Source: Auanema rhodensis
Taxonomy: Eukaryota; Animalia; Nematoda
Length of the DNA: 64,000 bases
Assembly (NCBI GenBank): GCA_964057225.1
Contig: OZ059894.1
Span: forward strand, 21,390,001 to 21,454,000
Direction of reading: 5' to 3'
Positions within the stretch are counted from its first letter, which is position 1. Each line of letters starts with the position of its first letter. The translations under genes and the position numbers were made by a program. The notes under the pieces were generated by a model. It was given only the letters and a program-made list of their open reading frames with translations. It made no database searches and had not been told where the DNA came from. Positions 10,881 to 23,867 of the stretch are shown here, one piece after another.

Positions 10881-13800
10881 AGGATATAAGTGTAAACTTA
10901 TATCAGTTGATATCTCGGTGCATTTTTAAGCTAGCGCAAATCTGATAACACAGATCGACGCAGCTTAAAAATCCGCATCGAATGCACTATACTACATTGA
11001 GAAACGCTTAATACAAAAATTAGTTATGATCGTTTGAAAAATGATGCATTAGTGTATGTTGAGTTTCCATGTACACTCAACATTGCTTCCAAAAACATTT
11101 TGACAAAAATTTTTTCGAAAAATTTCAAAATAATTTAGCAAAAAGTAGATGTTTTTAGATTTCTTTTTTCAAGGCAAAGACGATGGACAATGTTATTCAA
11201 CGAAAAAATTAATTCTTCAGGGTGAAAATCGAGGATATAAGTGTAAACTTATATCAGTTGATATCTCGGTGCATTTTTAAGCTAGCGCAAATCTGATAAC
11301 ACAGATCGACGCAGCTTAAAAATCCGCATCGAATGCACTATACTACATTGAGAGACGCTTAATACACAAATTCGTTATGATCGTTTGAAAAATGATGCAT
11401 TAGTGTATGTTGAGTTTCCATGTACACTCAACATTGCTTCCAAAAACATTTTGACAAAAATTTTTTCGAAAAATTTCAAAATAATTTAGCAAAAAGTAGA
11501 TGTTTTTAGATTTCTTTTTTCAAGGCAAAGACGATGGACAATGTTATTCAACGAAAAATTTAATTCTTCAGGGTGAAAATCGAGGATATAAGTGTAAACT
11601 TATATCAGTTGATATCTCGGTGCATTTTTAAGCTAGCGCAAATCTGATAACACAGATCGACGCAGCTTAAAAATCCGCATCGAATGCACTATACTACATT
11701 GAGAAACGCTTAATACACAAATTAGTTATGATCGTTTGAAAAATGATGCATTAGTGTATGTTGAGTTTCCATGTACACTCAACATTGCTTCCAAAAACAT
11801 TTTGACAAAAATTTTTTCGAAAAATTTCAAAATAATTTAGCAAAAAGTAGATGTTTTTAGATTCCTTTTTTTAAGGCAAAGACGATGGACAATTTTATTC
11901 AACGAAAAAATTAATTCTTCAGGGTGAAAATCGAGGATATAAGTGTGAACTTATATCAGTTGATATCTCGGTGCATTTTTAAGCTAGCGCAAATTTGATA
12001 ACACAGATCGACGCAGCTTAAAAATTCGCATCGAATGCACTATACTACATTGAGAAACGCTTGATACAAAAATTAGTTATGTTCGTTTGAAAAATGATGC
12101 ATTAGTGTATGTTGAGTTTCCATGTACACTCAACATTGCTTCAAAAAACATTTTGACAAAAATTTTTTCGAAAAATTTCAAAATAATTTAGCAAAAAGTA
12201 GATGTTTTTAGATTCCTTTTTTTAAGGCAAAGACGATGGACAATTTTATTCAACGAAAAAATTAATTCTTCAGGGTGAAAATCGAGGATATAAGTGTGAA
12301 CTTATATCAGTTGATATCTCGGTGCATTTTTAAGCTAGCGCAAATCTGATAACACAGATCGACGCAGCTTAAAAATCCGCATCGAATGCACTATACTACA
12401 TCAAGAAACGTTTTATACAAAAATTAGTTATGATCGTTTGAAAAATGATGCATTAGTGTATGTTGAGTTTCCATGTACACTCAACATTGCTTCCAAAAAC
12501 ATTTTGACAAAAATTTTTTCGAAAAATTTCAAAATAATTTAGCAAAAAGTAGATGTTTTTTGATTCCATTTTTCAAGGCAAAGACGATAGACAATGTTAT
12601 TCAACGAAAAAATTAATTCTTCAGGGTGAAAATCGAGGATATAAGTGTGAACTTATATCAGTTGATATCTCGGTGCATTTTCAAGCTAGCGCAAATCTGA
12701 TAACACAGATCGACGCAGCTTAAAAATCCGCATCGAATGCACTATACTACATCAAGAAACGCTTGATACAAAAATTAGTTATGATCGTTTGAAAAATGAT
12801 GCATTAGTGTATGTTGAGTTTCCATGTACACTCAACATTGCTTCCAAAAACATTTTGACAAAAATTTTTTCGAAAAATTTCAAAATAATTTAGCAAAAAG
12901 TAGATGTTTTTAGATTCCATTTTTCAAGGCAAAGACGATAGACAATGTTATTCAACGAAAAAATTAATTCTTCAGGGTGAAAATCGAGGATATAAGTGTG
13001 AACTTATATCAGTTGATATCTCGGTGCATTTTTAAGCTAGCGCAAATCTGATAACACAGATCGACGCAGCTTAAAAATCCGCATCGAATGCACTATACTA
13101 CATTGAGAAACGCTTAATACACAAATTAGTTATGATCGTTTGAAAAATGATGCATTAGTGTATGTTGAGTTTCCATGTACACTCAACATTGCTTCCAAAA
13201 ACATTTTGACAAAAATTTTTTCGAAAAATTTCAAAATAATTTAGCAAAAAGTAGATGTTTTTAGATTCCTTTTCTTAAGGCAAAGACGATAGACAATGTT
13301 ATTCAACGAAAAAATTAATTCTTCAGGGTGAAAATCGAGGATATAAGTGTGAACTTATATCAGTTGATATCTCGGTGCATTTTTAAGCTAGCGCAAATCT
13401 GATAACACAGATCGACGCAGCTTAAAAATCCGCATCGAATGCACTATACTACATTGAGAAACGCTTAATACAAAAATTAGTTATGATCGTTTGAAAAATG
13501 ATGCATTAGTGTATGTTGAGTTTCCATGTACACTCAACATTGCTTCCAAAAACATTTTGACAAAAATTTTTTCGAAAAATTTCAAAATAATTTAGCAAAA
13601 AGTAGATGTTTTTAGATTTCTTTTTTCAAGGCAAAGACGATGGACAATGTTATTCAACGAAAAATTTAATTCTTCAGGGTGAAAATCGAGGATATAAGTG
13701 TAAACTTATATCAGTTGATATCTCGGTGCATTTTTAAGCTAGCGCAAATCTGATAACACAGATCGACGCAGCTTAAAAATCCGCATCGAATGCACTATAC

Positions 13801-14390
13801 TACATTGAGAAACGCTTAATACAAAAATTAGTTATGATCGTTTGAAAAATGATGCATTAGTGTATGTTGAGTTTCCATGTACACTCAACATTGCTTCCAA
13901 AAACATTTTGACAAAAATTTTTTCGAAAAATTTCAAAATAATTTAGCAAAAAGTAGATGTTTTTAGATTTCTTTTTTCAAGGCAAAGACGATGGACAATG
14001 TTATTCAACGAAAAAATTAATTCTTCAGGGTGAAAATCGAGGATATAAGTGTAAACTTATATCAGTTGATATCTCGGTGCATTTTTAAGCTAGCGCAAAT
14101 CTGATAACACAGATCGACGCAGCTTAAAAATCCGCATCGAATGCACTATACTACATTGAGAGACGCTTAATACACAAATTCGTTATGATCGTTTGAAAAA
14201 TGATGCATTAGTGTATGTTGAGTTTCCATGTACACTCAACATTGCTTCCAAAAACATTTTGACAAAAATTTTTTCGAAAAATTTCAAAATAATTTAGCAA
14301 AAAGTAGATGTTTTTAGATTTCTTTTTTCAAGGCAAAGACGATGGACAATGTTATTCAACGAAAAATTTAATTCTTCAGGGTGAAAATCG
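9126..14390. repeat. Local higher-order duplication, 8-monomer period (2808 bp), overlapping the 9-mer
   Basis: AGAGACG at 11351 and 14159. Monomers starting 9126-11232 match those starting 11934-14040 in variant order. Confidence 0.85.
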
Positions 14391-14741
14391 AGGATATAAG
14401 TGTAAACTTATATCAGTTGATATCTCGGTGCATTTTTAAGCTAGCGCAAATCTGATAACACAGATCGACGCAGCTTAAAAATCCGCATCGAATGCACTAT
14501 ACTACATTGAGAAACGCTTAATACAAAAATTAGTTATGATCGTTTGAAAAATGATGCATTAGTGTATGTTGAGTTTCCATGTACACTCAACATTGCTTCC
14601 AAAAACATTTTGACAAAAATTTTTTCGAAAAATTTCAAAATAATTTAGCAAAAAGTAGATGTTTTTAGATTTCTTTTTTCAAGGCAAAGACGATGGACAA
14701 TGTTATTCAACGAAAAAATTAATTCTTCAGGGTGAAAATCG

Positions 14742-17700
14742 AGGATATAAGTGTAAACTTATATCAGTTGATATCTCGGTGCATTTTTAAGCTAGCGCAA
14801 ATCTGATAACACAGATCGACGCAGCTTAAAAATCCGCATCGAATGCACTATACTACATTGAGAGACGCTTAATACACAAATTCGTTATGATCGTTTGAAA
14901 AATGATGCATTAGTGTATGTTGAGTTTCCATGTACACTCAACATTGCTTCCAAAAACATTTTGACAAAAATTTTTTCGAAAAATTTCAAAATAATTTAGC
15001 AAAAAGTAGATGTTTTTAGATTCCTTTTTTTAAGGCAAAGACGATGGACAATGTTATTCAACGAAAAAATTAATTCTTCAGGGTGAAAATCGAGGATATA
15101 AGTGTGAACTTATATCAGTTGATATCTCGGTGCATTTTTAAGCTAGCGCAAATCTGATAACACAGATCGACGCAGCTTAAAAATCCGCATCGAATGCACT
15201 ATACTACATTGAGAAACGCTTAATACAAAAATTAGTTATGATCGTTTGAAAAATGATGCATTAGTGTATGTTGAGTTTCCATGTACACTCAACATTGCTT
15301 CCAAAAACATTTTGACAAAAATTTTTTCGAAAAATTTCAAAATAATTTAGCAAAAAGTAGATGTTTTTAGATTTCTTTTTCCAAGGCAAAGACGATGGAC
15401 AATGTTATTCAACGAAAAAATTAATTCTTCAGGGTGAAAATCGAGGATATAAGTGTGAACTTATATCAGTTGATATCTCGGTGCATTTTTAAGCTAGCGC
15501 AAATCTGATAACACAGATCGACGCAGCTTAAAAATCCGCATCGAATGCACTATACTACATTGAGAAACGTTTGATACAAAAATTAGTTATGATCGTTTGA
15601 AAAATGATGCATTAGTGTATATTGAAATTCCATGTACACTCAACATTGCTTCCAAAAACATTTTGACTAAAATTTTTTTGAAAAATTTCAAAATAATTTA
15701 GCAAAAAGTAGATGTTTTTAGATTCCTGTTTTTAAGGCAAAGACGATGGACAATGTTATTCAACGAAAAAATTAATTCTTCAGGGTGAAAATCGAGGATA
15801 TAAGTGTGAACTTATATCAGTTGATATCTCGGTGCATTTTTAAGCTAGCGCAAATTTGATAACACAGATCGACGCAGCTTAAAAATCCGCATCGAATGCA
15901 CTATACTACATTGAGAAACGCTTGATAAAAAAATTAGTTATGTTCGTTTGAAAAATGATGCATTAGTGTATGTTGAGTTTCCATGTACACTCAACATTGC
16001 TTCCAAAAACATTTTGACAAAACTTTTTTCGAAAAATTTCAAAATAATTTAGCAAAAAGTAGATGTTTTTAGATTCCTTTTTTTAAGGCAAAGACGATGG
16101 ACAATGTTATTCAACGAAAAAATTAATTCTTCAGGGTGAAAATCGAGGATATAAGTGTGAACTTATATCAGTTGATATCTCGGTGCATTTTTAAGCTAGC
16201 GCAAATCTGATAACACAGATCGACGCAGCTTAAAAATCCGCATCGAATGCACTATACTACATCAAGAAACGCTTGATACAAAAATTAGTTATGATCGTTT
16301 GAAAAATGATGCATTAGTGTATGTTGAGTTTCCATGTACACTCAACATTGCTTCCAAAAACATTTTGACAAAAATTTTTTCGAAAAATTTCAAAATAATT
16401 TAGCAAAAAGTAGATGTTTTTAGATTCCATTTTTCAAGGCAAAGACGATAGACAATGTTATTCAACGAAAAAATTAATTCTTCAGGGTGAAAATCGAGGA
16501 TATAAGTGTGAACTTATATCAGTTGATATCTCGGTGCATTTTTAAGCTAGCGCAAATCTGATAACACAGATCGACGCAGCTTAAAAATCCGCATCGAATG
16601 CACTATACTACATCAAGAAACGCTTGATACAAAAATTAGTTATGATCGTTTGAAAAATGATGCATTAGTGTATGTTGAGTTTCCATGTACACTCAACATT
16701 GCTTCCAAAAACATTTTGACAAAAATTTTTTCGAAAAATTTCAAAATAATTTAGCAAAAAGTAGATGTTTTTAGATTCCTTTTTTTAAGGCAAAGACGAT
16801 GGACAATGTTATTCAACGAAAAAATTAATTCTTCAGGGTGAAAATCGAGGATATAAGTGTGAACTTATATCAGTTGATATCTCGGTGCATTTTTAAGCTA
16901 GCGCAAATCTGATAACACAGATCGACGCAGCTTAAAAATCCGCATCGAATGCCTTATACTACATTGAGAAACGCTTAATACAAAAATTAGATATGATCGT
17001 TTGAAAAATGATGCATTAGTGTATGTTGAGTTTCCATGTACACTCAACATTGCTTCCAAAAACATTTTGACAAAAATTTTTTCGAAAAATTTCAAAATAA
17101 TTTAGCAAAAAGTAGATGTTTTTAGATTCCTTTTTTTAAGGCAAAGACGATGGACAATGTTATTCAACGAAAAAATTAATTCTTCAGGGTGAAAATCGAG
17201 GATATAAGTGTGAACTTATATCAGTTGATATCTCGGTGCATTTTTAAGCTAGCGCAAATCTGATAACACAGATCGACGCAGCTTAAAAATCCGCATCGAA
17301 TGCACTATACTACATTGAGAAACGCTTAATACAAAAATTAGTTATGATCGTTTGAAAAATGATGCATTAGTGTATGTTGAGTTTCAATGTACACTCAACA
17401 TTGCTTCCAAAAACATTTTGACAAAAATTTTTTCGAAAAATTTCAAAATAATTTAGCAAAAAGTAGATGTTTTTAGATTTCTTTTTCCAAGGCAAAGACG
17501 ATGGACAATGTTATTCAACGAAAAAATTAATTCTTCAGGGTGAAAATCGAGGATATAAGTGTGAACTTATATCAGTTGATATCTCGGTGCATTTTTAAGC
17601 TAGCGCAAATCTGATAACACAGATCGACGCAGCTTAAAAATCCGCATCGAATGCACTATACTACATTGAGAGACGCTTAATACACAAATTCGTTATGATC

Positions 17701-20357
17701 GTTTGAAAAATGATGCATTAGTGTATGTTGAGTTTCCATGTACACTCAACATTGCTTCCAAAAACATTTTGACAAAAATTTTTTCGAAAAATTTCAAAAT
17801 AATTTAGCAAAAAGTAGATGTTTTTAGATTCCTTTTTTTAAGGCAAAGACGATGGACAATGTTATTCAACGAAAAAATTAATTCTTCAGGGTGAAAATCG
17901 AGGATATAAGTGTGAACTTATATCAGTTGATATCTCGGTGCATTTTTAAGCTAGCGCAAATCTGATAACACAGATCGACGCAGCTTAAAAATCCGCATCG
18001 AATGCACTATACTACATTGAGAAACGCTTAATACAAAAATTAGTTATGATCGTTTGAAAAATGATGCATTAGTGTATGTTGAGTTTCCATGTACACTCAA
18101 CATTGCTTCCAAAAACATTTTGACAAAAATTTTTTCGAAAAATTTCAAAATAATTTAGCAAAAAGTAGATGTTTTTAGATTTCTTTTTCCAAGGCAAAGA
18201 CGATGGACAATGTTATTCAACGAAAAAATTAATTCTTCAGGGTGAAAATCGAGGATATAAGTGTGAACTTATATCAGTTGATATCTCGGTGCATTTTTAA
18301 GCTAGCGCAAATCTGATAACACAGATCGACGCAGCTTAAAAATCCGCATCGAATGCACTATACTACATTGAGAAACGTTTGATACAAAAATTAGTTATGA
18401 TCGTTTGAAAAATGATGCATTAGTGTATATTGAAATTCCATGTACACTCAACATTGCTTCCAAAAACATTTTGACTAAAATTTTTTTGAAAAATTTCAAA
18501 ATAATTTAGCAAAAAGTAGATGTTTTTAGATTCCTGTTTTTAAGGCAAAGACGATGGACAATGTTATTCAACGAAAAAATTAATTCTTCAGGGTGAAAAT
18601 CGAGGATATAAGTGTGAACTTATATCAGTTGATATCTCGGTGCATTTTTAAGCTAGCGCAAATTTGATAACACAGATCGACGCAGCTTAAAAATCCGCAT
18701 CGAATGCACTATACTACATTGAGAAACGCTTGATAAAAAAATTAGTTATGTTCGTTTGAAAAATGATGCATTAGTGTATGTTGAGTTTCCATGTACACTC
18801 AACATTGCTTCCAAAAACATTTTGACAAAACTTTTTTCGAAAAATTTCAAAATAATTTAGCAAAAAGTAGATGTTTTTAGATTCCTTTTTTTAAGGCAAA
18901 GACGATGGACAATGTTATTCAACGAAAAAATTAATTCTTCAGGGTGAAAATCGAGGATATAAGTGTGAACTTATATCAGTTGATATCTCGGTGCATTTTT
19001 AAGCTAGCGCAAATCTGATAACACAGATCGACGCAGCTTAAAAATCCGCATCGAATGCACTATACTACATCAAGAAACGCTTGATACAAAAATTAGTTAT
19101 GATCGTTTGAAAAATGATGCATTAGTGTATGTTGAGTTTCCATGTACACTCAACATTGCTTCCAAAAACATTTTGACAAAAATTTTTTCGAAAAATTTCA
19201 AAATAATTTAGCAAAAAGTAGATGTTTTTAGATTCCATTTTTCAAGGCAAAGACGATAGACAATGTTATTCAACGAAAAAATTAATTCTTCAGGGTGAAA
19301 ATCGAGGATATAAGTGTGAACTTATATCAGTTGATATCTCGGTGCATTTTTAAGCTAGCGCAAATCTGATAACACAGATCGACGCAGCTTAAAAATCCGC
19401 ATCGAATGCACTATACTACATCAAGAAACGCTTGATACAAAAATTAGTTATGATCGTTTGAAAAATGATGCATTAGTGTATGTTGAGTTTCCATGTACAC
19501 TCAACATTGCTTCCAAAAACATTTTGACAAAAATTTTTTCGAAAAATTTCAAAATAATTTAGCAAAAAGTAGATGTTTTTAGATTCCTTTTTTTAAGGCA
19601 AAGACGATGGACAATGTTATTCAACGAAAAAATTAATTCTTCAGGGTGAAAATCGAGGATATAAGTGTGAACTTATATCAGTTGATATCTCGGTGCATTT
19701 TTAAGCTAGCGCAAATCTGATAACACAGATCGACGCAGCTTAAAAATCCGCATCGAATGCCTTATACTACATTGAGAAACGCTTAATACAAAAATTAGTT
19801 ATGATCGTTTGAAAAATGATGCATTAGTGTATGTTGAGTTTCCATGTACACTCAACATTGCTTCCAAAAACATTTTGACAAAAATTTTTTCGAAAAATTT
19901 CAAAATAATTTAGCAAAAAGTAGATGTTTTTAGATTCCTTTTTTTAAGGCAAAGACGATGGACAATGTTATTCAACGAAAAAATTAATTCTTCAGGGTGA
20001 AAATCGAGGATATAAGTGTAAACTTATATCAGTTGATATCTCGGTGCATTTTTAAGCTAGCGCAAATCTGATAACACAGATCGACGCAGCTTAAAAATCC
20101 GCATCGAATGCACTATACTACATTGAGAAACGCTCAATACAAAAATTAGTTATGATCGTTTGAAAAATGATGCATTAGTGTATATTGAAATTCCATGTAC
20201 ACTCAACATTGCTTCCAAAAACATTTTGACTAAAATTTTTTTGAAAAATTTCAAAATAATTTAGCAAAAAGTAGATGTTTTTAGATTCCTGTTTTTAAGG
20301 CAAAGACGATGGACAATGTTATTCAACGAAAAAATTAATTCTTCAGGGTGAAAATCG
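14742..20357. repeat. Second 8-monomer duplication (2808 bp) plus a partial third copy 5 monomers later
   Basis: ATTGAAATTC (with GACTAAA) at 15621, 18429 and 20184; AGAGACG monomers start at 14742 and 17550. Confidence 0.85.
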
Positions 20358-22814
20358 AGGATATAAGTGTGAACTTATATCAGTTGATATCTCGGTGCAT
20401 TTTTAAGCTAGCGCAAATTTGATAACACAGATCGACGCAGCATAAAAATCCGCATCGAATGCACTATACTACATCAAGAAACGCTTGATACAAAAATTAG
20501 TTATGATCGTTTGAAAAATGATGCATTAGTGTATGTTGAGTTTCCATGTACACTCAACATTGCTTCCAAAAACATTTTGACAAAAATTTTTTCGAAAAAT
20601 TTCAAAATAATTTAGCAAAAAGTAGATGTTTTTAGATTCCATTTTTCAAGGCAAAGACGATAGACAATGTTATTCAACGAAAAAATTAATTCTTCAGGGT
20701 GAAAATCGAGGATATAAGTGTGAACTTATATCAGTTGATATCTCGGTGCATTTTTAAGCTAGCGCAAATCTGATAACACAGATCGACGCAGCTTAAAAAT
20801 CCGCATCGAATGCACTATACTACATCAAGAAACGCTTGATACAAAAATTAGTTATGATCGTTTGAAAAATGATGCATTAGTGTATGTTGAGTTTCCATGT
20901 ACACTCAACATTGCTTCCAAAAACATTTTGACAAAAATTTTTTCGAAAAATTTCAAAATAATTTAGCAAAAAGTAGATGTTTTTAGATTCCATTTTTCAA
21001 GGCAAAGACGATAGACAATGTTATTCAACGAAAAAATTAATTCTTCAGGGTGAAAATCGAGGATATAAGTGTGAACTTATATCAGTTGATATCTCGGTGC
21101 ATTTTTAAGCTAGCGCAAATCTGATAACACAGATCGACGCAGCTTAAAAATCCGCATCGAATGCACTATACTACATCAAGAAACGCTTGATACAAAAATT
21201 AGTTATGATCGTTTGAAAAATGATGCATTAGTGTATGTTGAGTTTCCATGTACACTCAACATTGCTTCCAAAAACATTTTGACAAAAATTTTTTCGAAAA
21301 ATTTCAAAATAATTTAGCAAAAAGTAGATGTTTTTAGATTCCTTTTTTTAAGGCAAAGACGATGGACAATGTTATTCAACGAAAAAATTAATTCTTCAGG
21401 GTGAAAATCGAGGATATAAGTGTGAACTTATATCAGTTGATATCTCGGTGCATTTTTAAGCTAGCGCAAATCTGATAACACAGATCGACGCAGCTTAAAA
21501 ATCCGCATCGAATGCCTTATACTACATTGAGAAACGCTTAATACAAAAATTAGTTATGATCGTTTGAAAAATGATGCATTAGTGTATGTTGAGTTTCCAT
21601 GTACACTCAACATTGCTTCCAAAAACATTTTGACAAAACTTTTTTCGAAAAATTTCAAAATAATTTAGCAAAAAGTAGATGTTTTTAGATTCCTTTTTTT
21701 AAGGCAAAGACGATGGACAATGTTATTCAACGAAAAAATTAATTCTTCAGGGTGAAAATCGAGGATATAAGTGTAAACTTATATCAGTTGATATCTCGGT
21801 GCATTTTTAAGCTAGCGCAAATCTGATAACACAGATCGACGCAGCTTAAAAATCCGCATCGAATGCCTTATACTACATTGAGAAACGCTTAATACAAAAA
21901 TTAGTTATGATCGTTTGAAAAATGATGCATTAGTGTATGTTGAGTTTCCATGTACACTCAACATTGCTTCCAAAAACATTTTGACAAAGATTTTTTCGAA
22001 AAATTTCAGAATAATTCAGCAAAAAGTAGATGTTTTTAGATTCCTTTTTCCAAGGCAAAGACGATGGACAATGTTATTCAACGAAAAAATTAATTCTTCA
22101 GGGTGAAAATCGAGGATATAAGTGTGAACTTATATCAGTTGATATCTCGGTGCATTTTTAAGCTAGCGCAAATCTGATAACACAGATCGACGCAGCTTAA
22201 AAATCCGCATCGAATGCACTATACTACATTGAGAAACGCTTAATACAAAAATTAGTTATGATCGTTTGAAAAATGATGCATTAGTGTATGTTGAGTTTCC
22301 ATGTACACTCAACATTGCTTCCAAAAACATTTTGACAAAAATTTTTTCGAAAAATTTCAAAATAATTCAGCAAAAAGTAGATGTTTTTAGATTCCTTTTT
22401 TCAAGGCAAAGACGATGGACAATGTTATTCAACGAAAAAATTAATTCTTCAGGGTGAAAATCGAGGATATAAGTGTGAACTTATATCAGTTGATATCTCG
22501 GTGCATTTTTAAGCTAGCGCAAATCTGATAACACAGATCGACGCAGCTTAAAAATCCGCATCGAATGCACTATACTACATTGAGAAACGTTTGATACAAA
22601 AATTAGTTATGATCGTTTGAAAAATGATGCATTAGTGTATGTTGAGTTTCCATGTACACTCAACATTGCTTCCAAAAACATTTTGACAAAAATTTTTTCG
22701 AAAAATTTCAAAATAATTTAGCAAAAAGTAGATGTTTTTAGATTCCTGTTTTTAAGGCAAAGACGATGGACAATGTTATTCAACGAAAAAATTAATTCTT
22801 CAGGGTGAAAATCG

Positions 22815-23867
22815 AGAATATAAGTGTGAACTTATATCAGTTGATATCTCGTTGCATTTTTAAGCTAGCGCAAATCTGATAACACAGATCGACGCAGCTT
22901 AAAAATCCGCATCGAATGCACTATACTACATTGAGAAACGTTTGATACAAAAATTAGTTATGATCGTTTGAAAAATGATGCATTAGTGTATGTTGAGTTT
23001 CCATGTACACTCAACATTGCTTCCAAAAACATTTTGACAAAAATTTTTTCGAAAAATTTCAAAATAATTTAGCAAAAAGTAGATGTTTTTAGATTCCTGT
23101 TTTTAAGGCAAAGACGATGGACAATGTTATTCAACGAAAAAATTAATTCTTCAGGGTGAAAATCGAGAATATAAGTGTGAACTTATATCAGTTGATATCT
23201 CGTTGCATTTTTAAGCTAGCGCAAATTTGATAACACAGATCGACGCAGCTTAAAAATCCGCATCGAATGCACTATACTACATTGAGAAACGCTTGATAAA
23301 AAAATTAGTTATGTTCGTTTGAAAAATGATGCATTAGTGTATGTTGAGTTTCCATGTACACTCAACATTGCTTCCAAAAACATTTTGACAAAAATTTTTT
23401 CGAAAAATTTCAAAATAATTTAGCAAAAAGTAGATGTTTTTAGATTCCTGTTTTTAAGGCAAAGACGATGGACAATGTTATTCAACGAAAAAATTAATTC
23501 TTCAGGGTGAAAATCGAGAATATAAGTGTGAACTTATATCAGTTGATATCTCGTTGCATTTTTAAGCTAGCGCAAATTTGATAACACAGATCGACGCAGC
23601 TTAAAAATCCGCATCGAATGCACTATACTACATTGAGAAACGCTTAATACAAAAATTAGTTATGATCGTTTGAAAAATGATGCATTAGTGTATGTTGAGT
23701 TTCCATGTACACTCAACATTGCTTCCAAAAACATTTTGACAAAAATTTTTTCGAAAAATTTCAAAATAATTTAGCAAAAAGTAGATGTTTTTAGATTCCT
23801 TTTTTTAAGGCAAAGACGATGGACAATGTTATTCAACGAAAAAATTAATTCTTCAGGGTGAAAATCG
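22815..23867. repeat. Three consecutive monomers sharing private variants (single-monomer amplification)
   Basis: GAGAATA and CTCGTTGC seen only in the monomers starting 22815, 23166 and 23517. Confidence 0.85.
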
